Origin: Clostridiales bacterium
GTDB lineage: Bacteria; Bacillota; Clostridia; Oscillospirales; CAG-382
DNA: 64,000 nucleotides
Reading direction: 5' to 3'
Assembly (NCBI GenBank): GCA_003452915.1
Contig: DMMZ01000042.1
Coordinates: forward strand, 22,482-86,481
Of this stretch, positions 47,522 through 55,575 are shown piece after piece. Under the pieces are notes generated by a model. It made no database searches. It was not told the origin of the DNA and was given only the letters and a program-made list of their open reading frames with translations. Position numbers and translations under genes: made by a program. Positions within the stretch are counted from its first letter, which is position 1. Each line of letters opens with the position of its first letter.

Positions 47522-47566
47522 ACGGGATATCGACAAAAAACCGCAGTTCTTTGAAGATAATCCCGT
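47522..47566 (-). terminator. Putative tsf terminator
   Basis: On the minus strand, acgggattatc...gatatcccgt is followed by ttttaatt. The stem is interrupted and the loop is long, so this is moderate only. Confidence 0.45.
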
Positions 47567-47578
47567 AATTTTTACCTA

Positions 47579-48505
47579 TTAACCGTTAACTAATTTATTG
47601 ATCTCATCAGCGAAGTTTTCTTCCTTCTTTTCAAGGCCCTCGCCTCTCTCGTACTTAACAAAGGAAGCAATTTTTATTGTGCCACCAAGTTCTTTTGCGG
47701 TGTTTTCTGTATACTTGGAAACCTTGATATCATCTTCCTTAACATACTGTTGCTCGAGTAAGCAGTTGCTGTCGAAGTACTTGCTGATTCTTCCTTCGAC
47801 CATCTTTGCCTTGACTGCTTCGGGCTTGCCCTTAAGCTTGTCGTCGTTCTCGATCTGGCTCAGAAGAATTTGTTTTTCGCCTTCAATAACACTAGCAGGA
47901 ACATCGCTTGTAGCGGTGTAAAGAGGATTCATTGCCGCTGCCTGCATACAGATGTTCTTTGCAAATTCTGCAAAACCTTCTGTTTTCTCAACACCGTTTG
48001 ATGTTTCGAATTTTGCTATAACTGCTGCTGAACCGCCGCCGTGAACGTAAGTGCCTGTTACACCCTCAACTATCTCAAAACGGCGGATTGACATATTCTC
48101 GCCGATTGTAAAAATTTTATCCTTAAGAGTTGCTTCAACTGTCATATCGCTTCCTTTAAAGGTGAGTGCAAGAAGTTCCTCAACATTCTTAGGCTTGTTT
48201 GCAAGAATTGTTTCAAGAATTCCTTTTACAAATTCCTTGAAGCTTGCGTTCTTCGCAACGAAATCTGTCTCGGCATTAACCTCAATTATTACTGTGGTGT
48301 CGCCTTCTTTTATTATATCAACAATACCTTCGGATGCAATTCTGCCGGCTTTCTTCGCTGCTACAGAAAGTCCTTTTTCGCGAAGAACCTTTACAGCTTC
48401 ATCAAAATCTCCGTTAGCTTCAACAAGTGCCTTTTTGCACTCCATCATACCAACACCGGTTTTTGCTCTTAAATCCATTACTGCCTTTGCAGATATCTCA
48501 GCCAT
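47579..48505 (-). CDS. tsf: Elongation factor Ts
   Basis: The N-terminal UBA-like sequence AKAVMDLRAKTGVGMMECKKALVEANGDFDEAVKVLREKG is the EF-Ts signature. Confidence 0.97.
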   Translation of the reverse strand: MAEISAKAVMDLRAKTGVGMMECKKALVEANGDFDEAVKVLREKGLSVAAKKAGRIASEGIVDIIKEGDTTVIIEVNAETDFVAKNASFKEFVKGILETILANKPKNVEELLALTFKGSDMTVEATLKDKIFTIGENMSIRRFEIVEGVTGTYVHGGGSAAVIAKFETSNGVEKTEGFAEFAKNICMQAAAMNPLYTATSDVPASVIEGEKQILLSQIENDDKLKGKPEAVKAKMVEGRISKYFDSNCLLEQQYVKEDDIKVSKYTENTAKELGGTIKIASFVKYERGEGLEKKEENFADEINKLVNG

Positions 48506-49257
48506 TATATTACCTCCTTGTCATAACCCTCGGAATTATCTTTATCTGCAGTTTCGCTCGAATCAGTAAACTGTTCGCCCTGTCTGCCTTCTAATACAGC
48601 ATCGGAAACAACAGAAGCAATAAGCTTTATAGCACGAATAGCATCGTCGTTACCGGGGATAACATAATCGATCTCATCAGGATCGCAGTTTGTATCAACT
48701 ATAGCAACAACAGGAATTCCAAGCTTTCTAGCTTCGTCAACAGCATTCTTTTCCTTCTTGGGGTCAACAACGAACATTGCTGCGGGAAGTCCCTTCATAT
48801 CCTTGATACCGCCAAGATTGCGTTCAAGGTCTGCCATCTCTTTTTGAAGAGCAGCAACTTCCTTCTTTGGAAGGAGATCAAAGGTTCCGTCCTCAGCCAT
48901 TTTATTGAGGTTGTGAAGTTTTTGAATAGACTTTTTGATTGTTTTGAAGTTGGTAAGCATACCGCCGAGCCAACGAACGTTTACATAGTACATCTCTGCT
49001 CTCAAAGCTTCTTCTTTGATAGCTTCCTGTGCCTGCTTCTTTGTTCCGACGAAAAGAATGCTTCCGCCGTCAAGTACTGCATCACGGATGAACATGTAGG
49101 CATCTTCAACCTTTTTAACTGTCTTCTGAAGGTCGATAATGTAGATACCGTTTCTCTCTGTGAAGATAAATTCCGCCATTTTGGGGTTCCATCTTCTGGT
49201 CTGGTGTCCGAAATGAACGCCAGCTTCAAGTAATTGCTTCATAGAAATTACTGACAT
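48505..49257 (-). CDS. rpsB: 30S ribosomal protein S2
   Basis: [22 protein letters not shown] is the S2 signature. Its stop overlaps the tsf start (TAATG). Confidence 0.97.
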   Translation of the reverse strand: MSVISMKQLLEAGVHFGHQTRRWNPKMAEFIFTERNGIYIIDLQKTVKKVEDAYMFIRDAVLDGGSILFVGTKKQAQEAIKEEALRAEMYYVNVRWLGGMLTNFKTIKKSIQKLHNLNKMAEDGTFDLLPKKEVAALQKEMADLERNLGGIKDMKGLPAAMFVVDPKKEKNAVDEARKLGIPVVAIVDTNCDPDEIDYVIPGNDDAIRAIKLIASVVSDAVLEGRQGEQFTDSSETADKDNSEGYDKEVI

Positions 49258-49491
49258 GGTTTATACTCCTTTTTCTCGGGTTGTACCCGCCACCGCTTAA
49301 TAATTTACGTCAATTAATCAAAAAGTTATTATCAAACTCTTTGCACCCGAACCAACGCAGCACGGTGTGTGATTTTTTGCTTTATATTAATTCGAATTAG
49401 AATTATAAAAAGCCTACACATTATAACACAATAACTTTTCGTTTGCAATACCTATTTTACATGAATTACTTAATATAATATGCATAAAAAT

Positions 49492-49523
49492 AGAAAAACA
49501 CCTTATTTTAAAGGTGTTTTTCT
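49492..49523 (-). terminator. Terminator of the sigma/anti-sigma operon
   Basis: agaaaaacacct / aggtgtttttct 12-bp stem with an 8-nt loop, 55 nt downstream of the stop at 49578. Confidence 0.7.
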
Positions 49524-49577
49524 ATTTACCTGGCGTTTTTGAGGGAACGCCCAAGTTTATTAGGAAGGATTATTGCT

Positions 49578-51953
49578 TTAATTATTGAATGTTACACTGT
49601 CAACCTGTGTGAAGGTTTCAAGATCATAAGAGGTTATAAATTGATTCTCAGAGAAGATATAAACATAATCACCTATATAAAGTCCTCTTAAACCTTGATA
49701 ATTATAATTGGTATTGTCATTAAATATACTACCTGAAAGAACAAACTTTCCGTTTTCGTATTTATAGAATACATAGCCGGTTTTTGCGGTGTATACAGGC
49801 TCGGTGCTTCCATAAGATTCCTCGGTTTTTTCATATTCATCAGGGTTTGTATATGAGGTTTCGGTGTTGTTATAGTTGTAATTGTAATATTCAACAGGGA
49901 AACCTATAAGATTCTTCTTGGCATCTACAAGTATTGCCTTGTGGTTATACATAGCAGCACTGTAATAATATTCTGTTCCGAGTTTAAGAGAAGATTGCTC
50001 TGTTACATTGGTCTTGTCGCTGATATCAAACATTGATAATTTTAAACCTTGGGACCAACCATTGGTCTCATCAGCGTCTTGACCAAAGCCAAACAGCAAT
50101 CCATCACCGTAAGGATGCATATAGCTTGAGAAACCTGGTATTTTCAGTGCTGACAGCACCTTAGGAGAGGTTTTATCGGACAAATCGATTGTAAACAGAG
50201 GGTCTACCTGACGGAAGGTTACTACATAACCGATTTCACCGTCAAAGCGTACGGAATAAATTCTCTCGTTGGGAGCCAAGCCTGTTAAGGAACCAGTTAC
50301 CTTCAAGTCTTCGTCAAGTATATATAAATTGTTGTAATAGCTTGACTGGCCATAATAATACGCATCGTTGCTGTTATAGTCCTTGTACGTGTAAAGCTCG
50401 TATTCGTACACTGTTGTTGCTATACGGAACGTATCGTTATATTCGTCCATTGAGAATTGATTGATAAGAGTGCCTTGGATGCTGCCATTTGCTGCATAAG
50501 CTACAACTGCGTTATCAATCGAGAAGCGATATATATCAGTTGCACCATCAATTACTTTTTCACCAGTAGCGGTTGCGGAATTCGCATAGTGTATATCGGT
50601 TTTATCAGGTTCGGTTGCATCAACACCATTATCAGTTGCATCGGTTGCGGTTGTACCATTATCATCACCTGCTTTTGCAGGTTCTGTTGCATTAGCACCG
50701 TCGGCTGTATCTGCTACGGCATCTTCTTCAATAGCAATTCCGAAATCTCTCATAGCATATATATTATTGTAGCGGTATGCTGCGATATAGATATTGCTGT
50801 CGCTTGAGTAAATCGTTCCCGAAAAGCCCAGCACTGCTGCGGTGGAAACGTGGTTATCCGGTTCTGTCACGTCTATACCTGTGATAACTGTATAAGCTGC
50901 ATTTGTCATATCTTCAGCAACATAAATACATTCTGCGGGAATAAGGTATTCGGATGAGTAAGACGAGCAATAAGGAACATAAGACTCAGGTTTATTAATA
51001 TCGGGGTTATACACATAGTGAGTTGTAACGATATAAAGATCGGAGCCTACCATTCTGGAGGAATTGTAATATCCGCTTTGATAGAGTTCGTTTTGGAACA
51101 CTGGATTTGCTCTGTCTGAAATATCATATACTTCGACAGAAGTTAAATAATTGTAAGTGCCATAGTAGTAATAATCTTTAACAATATCACTGTTTTCTTC
51201 TACTTTCGGTTCTTCGTAGCTGTAACCGGATTTTATGAGAACAAGTGTATCGCCATACAGTAAAATCTCGGTTAAAACATAATGAGTGTCTTCTACGTCA
51301 TTACGGATTTTTATTGTGGAAACTAGATCAAGCTGTCCGTTATTTGCTGAGAGAATATAAACTCTGCCTTTGTTGTCGGTATCAGTGACGTTTTCCTTTG
51401 CTGCATAATCATAGCAAGCATAATAATAATCGTTTGTCTTTCCACAGGCATAAATATATTTGCCGTCTGTTTTTATAATGTCTGCTTCCTGCACTCCGGC
51501 TACCTGATTGTTTGTATCAGAATAATCGGAAGAACCGCTGCTTTTATCATCACCAACAGCATCACCTTCCGTGGCAGGAGCTTCTGCCAAATCTTCTTCT
51601 AATCCATTTCTGTTGTTGTAAAATGAATTATTGGTTCCTGCTTCAGCACCAAGTTTTTCAAAAATATCGGTATAGCTTGTTACTGAATTTATCACTATTG
51701 GTTCACCGGAAACATCGGTGTTGTCGGTACCGGCGTTGTTGATATCGGGTACTATCGGAGAGGATTTAAGAAGAATCATACCGAAAGATCCGACTATCAT
51801 TAAGAAACAGACTGCTAGCGCAACAAGCTGCTTTGTACCGAACATACTCGGCTTTTTAATCTCCACCGTCAACATTTTTTCTTTGGTTTTATTAAGAGCG
51901 TCATCGCTCGGTGTGATATTTTCCATATCACGTTTATACTTTTCCTTAAACAT
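49578..51953 (-). CDS. Membrane-anchored beta-propeller-domain protein, putative anti-sigma factor
   Basis: A short cytoplasmic N-terminus and one TM helix (LVALAVCFLMIVGSFGMILL). The extracellular region has the Beta_propel hallmark YSDTNNQVAGVQEADIIKTDGKYIY. The gene overlaps the sigma gene by 8 nt. Confidence 0.75.
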   Translation of the reverse strand: MFKEKYKRDMENITPSDDALNKTKEKMLTVEIKKPSMFGTKQLVALAVCFLMIVGSFGMILLKSSPIVPDINNAGTDNTDVSGEPIVINSVTSYTDIFEKLGAEAGTNNSFYNNRNGLEEDLAEAPATEGDAVGDDKSSGSSDYSDTNNQVAGVQEADIIKTDGKYIYACGKTNDYYYACYDYAAKENVTDTDNKGRVYILSANNGQLDLVSTIKIRNDVEDTHYVLTEILLYGDTLVLIKSGYSYEEPKVEENSDIVKDYYYYGTYNYLTSVEVYDISDRANPVFQNELYQSGYYNSSRMVGSDLYIVTTHYVYNPDINKPESYVPYCSSYSSEYLIPAECIYVAEDMTNAAYTVITGIDVTEPDNHVSTAAVLGFSGTIYSSDSNIYIAAYRYNNIYAMRDFGIAIEEDAVADTADGANATEPAKAGDDNGTTATDATDNGVDATEPDKTDIHYANSATATGEKVIDGATDIYRFSIDNAVVAYAANGSIQGTLINQFSMDEYNDTFRIATTVYEYELYTYKDYNSNDAYYYGQSSYYNNLYILDEDLKVTGSLTGLAPNERIYSVRFDGEIGYVVTFRQVDPLFTIDLSDKTSPKVLSALKIPGFSSYMHPYGDGLLFGFGQDADETNGWSQGLKLSMFDISDKTNVTEQSSLKLGTEYYYSAAMYNHKAILVDAKKNLIGFPVEYYNYNYNNTETSYTNPDEYEKTEESYGSTEPVYTAKTGYVFYKYENGKFVLSGSIFNDNTNYNYQGLRGLYIGDYVYIFSENQFITSYDLETFTQVDSVTFNN

Positions 51954-52434
51954 TTTCGTTCACCTCTAAAACAGATTTTAATTTTTTTCTTGCACGCATT
52001 AATATAGATTTTACATACGACTGACTTCTACCTAGTATCTCTGCAATTTTTCTAATGTCATAATCTTCATAATAATATAAATGAATAACAGTACGCATAT
52101 CTTTAGGAAGCGCTAAAACCGCGTAATACACTTCACTTTTCTCAGCAAGCGTAACCGACAGCCTGTCATCAAGCATTGTCGTTCTGCGGAACCATGACGA
52201 GGTTAAAAGGCTGTTCGCGCAATTTATAGTTACGCGGAGAAACCAAGCCTTTTCGTGTTCCTCACTTTCGAAACATGGTTTGCTTCTTATGTACCTTAAA
52301 AATACATCCTGCATAACATCTTCGGCATCATGAGTATTATTTGTCCGTGAGTATGCTACCCTGAAAACCATGTCGGAGTATTTCCTAAGGATATGCTCAA
52401 CCGAATCATTCGTACGCAACGATTGGCTGTCCAT
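51946..52434 (-). CDS. ECF-type sigma-70 family RNA polymerase sigma factor
   Basis: Region 2 (DAEDVMQDVFLRYIR) and region 4 HTH (YEDYDIRKIAEILGRSQSYVKSILMRARKKL). 162 aa. Confidence 0.85.
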   Translation of the reverse strand: MDSQSLRTNDSVEHILRKYSDMVFRVAYSRTNNTHDAEDVMQDVFLRYIRSKPCFESEEHEKAWFLRVTINCANSLLTSSWFRRTTMLDDRLSVTLAEKSEVYYAVLALPKDMRTVIHLYYYEDYDIRKIAEILGRSQSYVKSILMRARKKLKSVLEVNENV

Positions 52435-52589
52435 ATATAATCCTCCCTTAGTTCATATCAGCAAAGTCATTTTAACGACTTTGTTATTTACCCCGCCCTC
52501 ACAGAGTAAACAATAAAACACAAATAAATCTCGTTTCATTAATAAGACTGATTATCTATTGGTTTGGTTGCAAATAAAAAAATATATTT

Positions 52590-52621
52590 TAAGAAAAAAT
52601 AAAGGAGCATTAAAATGCCCC
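52590..52621 (-). terminator. Rho-independent terminator after the epimerase gene
   Basis: On the minus strand, ggggcatt-tt-aatgctcc is followed by tttattttttc, 15 nt after the stop. Confidence 0.65.
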
Positions 52622-52635
52622 TAAATTGATATGTT

Positions 52636-53856
52636 TTATAGAATAATACCCATCTCATTGCCATTCTCAAGCCATGATAAAATCATCTCGCAATTCATAA
52701 GGCAGCGAGGATGATGGAAGGGACCCTTCCACATAGAGCCTTTTTGTGTATGAGAAACCGTTCCGTCTCTGTGAAGATAACCATACCATTCGCCGTATTC
52801 CTTATCAGCAAAATGGCCGAAGGAATAAAAATGAACCTTTTCAAACCAATCCCAATATTTTTTATCCTTTGTAATTCCGTAAGCAAGGAGGGTAGCTATA
52901 AGCACTTCGTTGTGTACCCACCACAGCTTCATATCCCATTCAAGCTGTTCACAGGGTCTGCCCTGTACATCGGTAAAGTAAATGAAGCCGCCAAATTGCT
53001 TATCCCAGCCCAGTTCAAGCGACCAGTCGAGAATATTCAGTGCTTTTTTCAGCAGGTCGTCGTTCTTTGTATAAATAGCTTGATTCATCAAGAACCAGCT
53101 GTTTTCAATAGAATGACCGGGGTTGATTGTTCTTCCTGCAGGGGTGTCAATGAATTCACCTTTTGGACCGACACACTCGAGAACACACTTTAATTCGGGT
53201 TTGTAGTGATAGTTTATAATTGCATCAACCATCTCGTTTGCAACTGATGTATAATATTCCGCTTTTTCAGGATCACAACGGCGTAAAAGTTGGGAAGCGC
53301 TGACTAGCACCATTGGAACAGCCGAAGCACGGTCGCTTCGTGTTTCTGAATATCCCTTGGGTGTTATTTTATAAGGATCGGACTCTGGATTGCGGAAAAG
53401 TCGCAGCATAAGCTCAAAGCAATCCTCGGCTTTTTTGAGAGCCTCTTTGTCGCCTGTTGCAATTGCATACTCGGCCATAGAAACAACATAAAAGCTCTCG
53501 GAATACATATAACGGCGTTTACGGAGCGGTTTGCCCTCTTTTGTAACAGTGAAGAACATTCTTCCGTCTGTATCAATACAATATTTATTTAAAAATTGGG
53601 TACCCAGTTCGGCAGCATCAAGCCATTCCTGCTTTTTTCCATAACGGTTACAAAGTGCAGAAAAGGTCCAAAGGCATCTTCCCTGAAACCAAACCGATTT
53701 ATCGTTGTTATAACTTTTTCCCTCACGGTCAACACTGGTTATATAACCTCCGTTTTCCTTATCAAGTAAATCGCTTTTCATCCAGAACGGTATACAATCA
53801 TCCATAAGCTGATTATGATAAAATTGTCTGTAAGAAGCAAAATTTTGTTTATCCAT
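52636..53856 (-). CDS. AGE-family (N-acylglucosamine 2-epimerase-like) epimerase/isomerase
   Basis: 406-aa (alpha/alpha)6-barrel type with FWMKSDLLDKENGGY, SVWFQGRCLW, HSIENSWF, KLWWVHNE and KGPFHHPRC. Confidence 0.8.
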   Translation of the reverse strand: MDKQNFASYRQFYHNQLMDDCIPFWMKSDLLDKENGGYITSVDREGKSYNNDKSVWFQGRCLWTFSALCNRYGKKQEWLDAAELGTQFLNKYCIDTDGRMFFTVTKEGKPLRKRRYMYSESFYVVSMAEYAIATGDKEALKKAEDCFELMLRLFRNPESDPYKITPKGYSETRSDRASAVPMVLVSASQLLRRCDPEKAEYYTSVANEMVDAIINYHYKPELKCVLECVGPKGEFIDTPAGRTINPGHSIENSWFLMNQAIYTKNDDLLKKALNILDWSLELGWDKQFGGFIYFTDVQGRPCEQLEWDMKLWWVHNEVLIATLLAYGITKDKKYWDWFEKVHFYSFGHFADKEYGEWYGYLHRDGTVSHTQKGSMWKGPFHHPRCLMNCEMILSWLENGNEMGIIL

Positions 53857-54011
53857 TAAAATAGTACACTTCCTTTTTCTATTGTTTAACTGATTTTACT
53901 TATTCTAGTTCAAATTGTCAATACTAATAAACGATTTGACAATTTATCTCATAAATGATACAATGCAAATATATATTTATACATATTATTTTTTAAAAAA
54001 ATGGGTTAGGA

Positions 54012-54869
54012 ATGATAATAGATATGAAACGACAAATAAAGAAAACATCAATTTTTATATTTTTAATATTTTTAACAGTGGCGCTTTCTTCCTGCTCTAT
54101 ACTAAAAAAATTCGCACCAAAAGGTGAGGAAGAAGAGGAAAAACCTGCAGGTTATGTTGAAACAAAGGAAAACGAGCTGTTTATATACGATGTATTTAGG
54201 GATCACATTACAATAACAGGATATCTTGCCGAGGATACTGTAGTTAATGTTCCTGAAACCATTGACGAAAAAACTGTGACCACAATCGGCTCATATGCTT
54301 TTTATGACAACAATATTCCTACAAGTATAGAATTGCCGAGTACAATTACAACTATAGAAGCTAACGGATTTTATTTCTGCAACCAATTAACAGAGATTGT
54401 GCTCCCCGATTCTGTTACTTTTATCGGAGAACGTGCTTTTGCATGGTGTCACGCACTTACAAAGATTACACTTCCAACAGGTATAACAGAAATTGCCGAT
54501 TATACTTTTAACGACTGTCCTTTATTAAACAATATAGTAATTCCAAGCAATGTTACAAAAATAGGTTTGCGTGCATTTTCATATTGTACCTCAATGACAA
54601 GAATTGAACTGCCGTCCTCGGTTACTTCGGTAAAAGAAAACTCATTTTTGGGTTGTACATCGCTACAATATGCAATAATTCCTGCAAGCGTAACAGATCT
54701 TGCCCCCGGTGTTTTCAAGAACTGCACCGCCCTTACTGTTGTTACTCCGGAAGGCTCTGCCGCATTCCAATATTGTATTGATAACCAGATTATATCCACT
54801 ATCGAAAGACCGGCTGATGAGGTCAGCGAGGATGAAAGCGGAGATGTTAGTGGGACTGTGTCGGAGTAA
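54012..54869 (+). CDS. Lipoprotein with BspA-type leucine-rich repeats
   Basis: Lipobox LSSC. Tandem repeats of about 23 aa follow (IELPSTITTIEANGFYFCNQLTEIVLPDSVTFIGERAFAWCHALTKITLP...). The start is ATG 54012 or 54024. Confidence 0.8.
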   Translation: MIIDMKRQIKKTSIFIFLIFLTVALSSCSILKKFAPKGEEEEEKPAGYVETKENELFIYDVFRDHITITGYLAEDTVVNVPETIDEKTVTTIGSYAFYDNNIPTSIELPSTITTIEANGFYFCNQLTEIVLPDSVTFIGERAFAWCHALTKITLPTGITEIADYTFNDCPLLNNIVIPSNVTKIGLRAFSYCTSMTRIELPSSVTSVKENSFLGCTSLQYAIIPASVTDLAPGVFKNCTALTVVTPEGSAAFQYCIDNQIISTIERPADEVSEDESGDVSGTVSE

Positions 54870-54895
54870 AAAATATAAAATCTATAAAATGATAC

Positions 54896-54935
54896 CGCCC
54901 GAAGCATGTTGAATCTTCGGGCGTCTTTATTATTT
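54896..54935 (+). terminator. Rho-independent terminator
   Basis: cgcccgaag / cttcgggcg 9-bp GC-rich stem followed by tctttattattt. Confidence 0.8.
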
Positions 54936-54945
54936 ATAATTATGA

Positions 54946-55371
54946 TTATTTTTTATAATTATAAATTCTATCAATTGTGTCACAGCATCTTGATATTATT
55001 TCTTTAGTATTATCTTCACTTGTATCATAATTACAAAAAAAATTAACGTTAATGTCATCTTTTGTTACTTCCAAAGTCATGGCAGGCTTAGTAGAATATG
55101 ATTTATCTTTATATTTATCTTTCGTGTATTTACAAATGTTCAATATTGTGTTTTTAATTACATCATAAGCTCCTGTTTCTAATGCAAAGTTAAGCATTTC
55201 TAAACTTATTAATAAAGTTAAATGTGGTGAACAAAAGTCACCGCCCATTGCAGGTAGTTCTTCTAAAATATTATTACCATCGTCAAGTTTATGCATTGCT
55301 TTTTTACTTATTATATTATGTTCTTGTTGAATATAAATTTTGTTTTCATAGATGTCATTTATTTTTTTCAA
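54946..55371 (-). CDS. Hypothetical protein (orphan, very AT-rich)
   Basis: 141-aa ORF with no signal peptide or TM helix, and Cys-containing. I recognise no family. It is flanked by AT-rich non-coding DNA. Confidence 0.4.
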   Translation of the reverse strand: MKKINDIYENKIYIQQEHNIISKKAMHKLDDGNNILEELPAMGGDFCSPHLTLLISLEMLNFALETGAYDVIKNTILNICKYTKDKYKDKSYSTKPAMTLEVTKDDINVNFFCNYDTSEDNTKEIISRCCDTIDRIYNYKK

Positions 55372-55494
55372 TTTATTGTTCTCCTCTATATAATTTTATT
55401 TATATAATATATCGAAAATGATAAAAAATCAATATAAATTAAATATTTATAATATATAAATTTGCATACAAATTAGTATTTAACACTTTAAATA

Positions 55495-55522
55495 TTGACA
55501 ATTTCTCTTATAAGAGTATAAT
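55495..55522 (+). promoter_or_regulatory. Sigma-A promoter of alaS (TTGACA-16-TATAAT)
   Basis: ttgaca at 55495-55500, a 16-nt spacer, and tataat at 55517-55522. It lies about 50 nt upstream of ATG 55576. Confidence 0.6.
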
Positions 55523-55575
55523 AAAGTGATGTAGAATTTTTTATAATTTAAAGTTATTTAAAGGGGAAAACATAT

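Noticed and set aside
50560-50720. Repetitive gttgcatc/ggttgc DNA in the beta-propeller gene.
   Set aside because: It corresponds to the low-complexity Asp/Thr/Ala-rich protein insert. It is not a separate repeat element.
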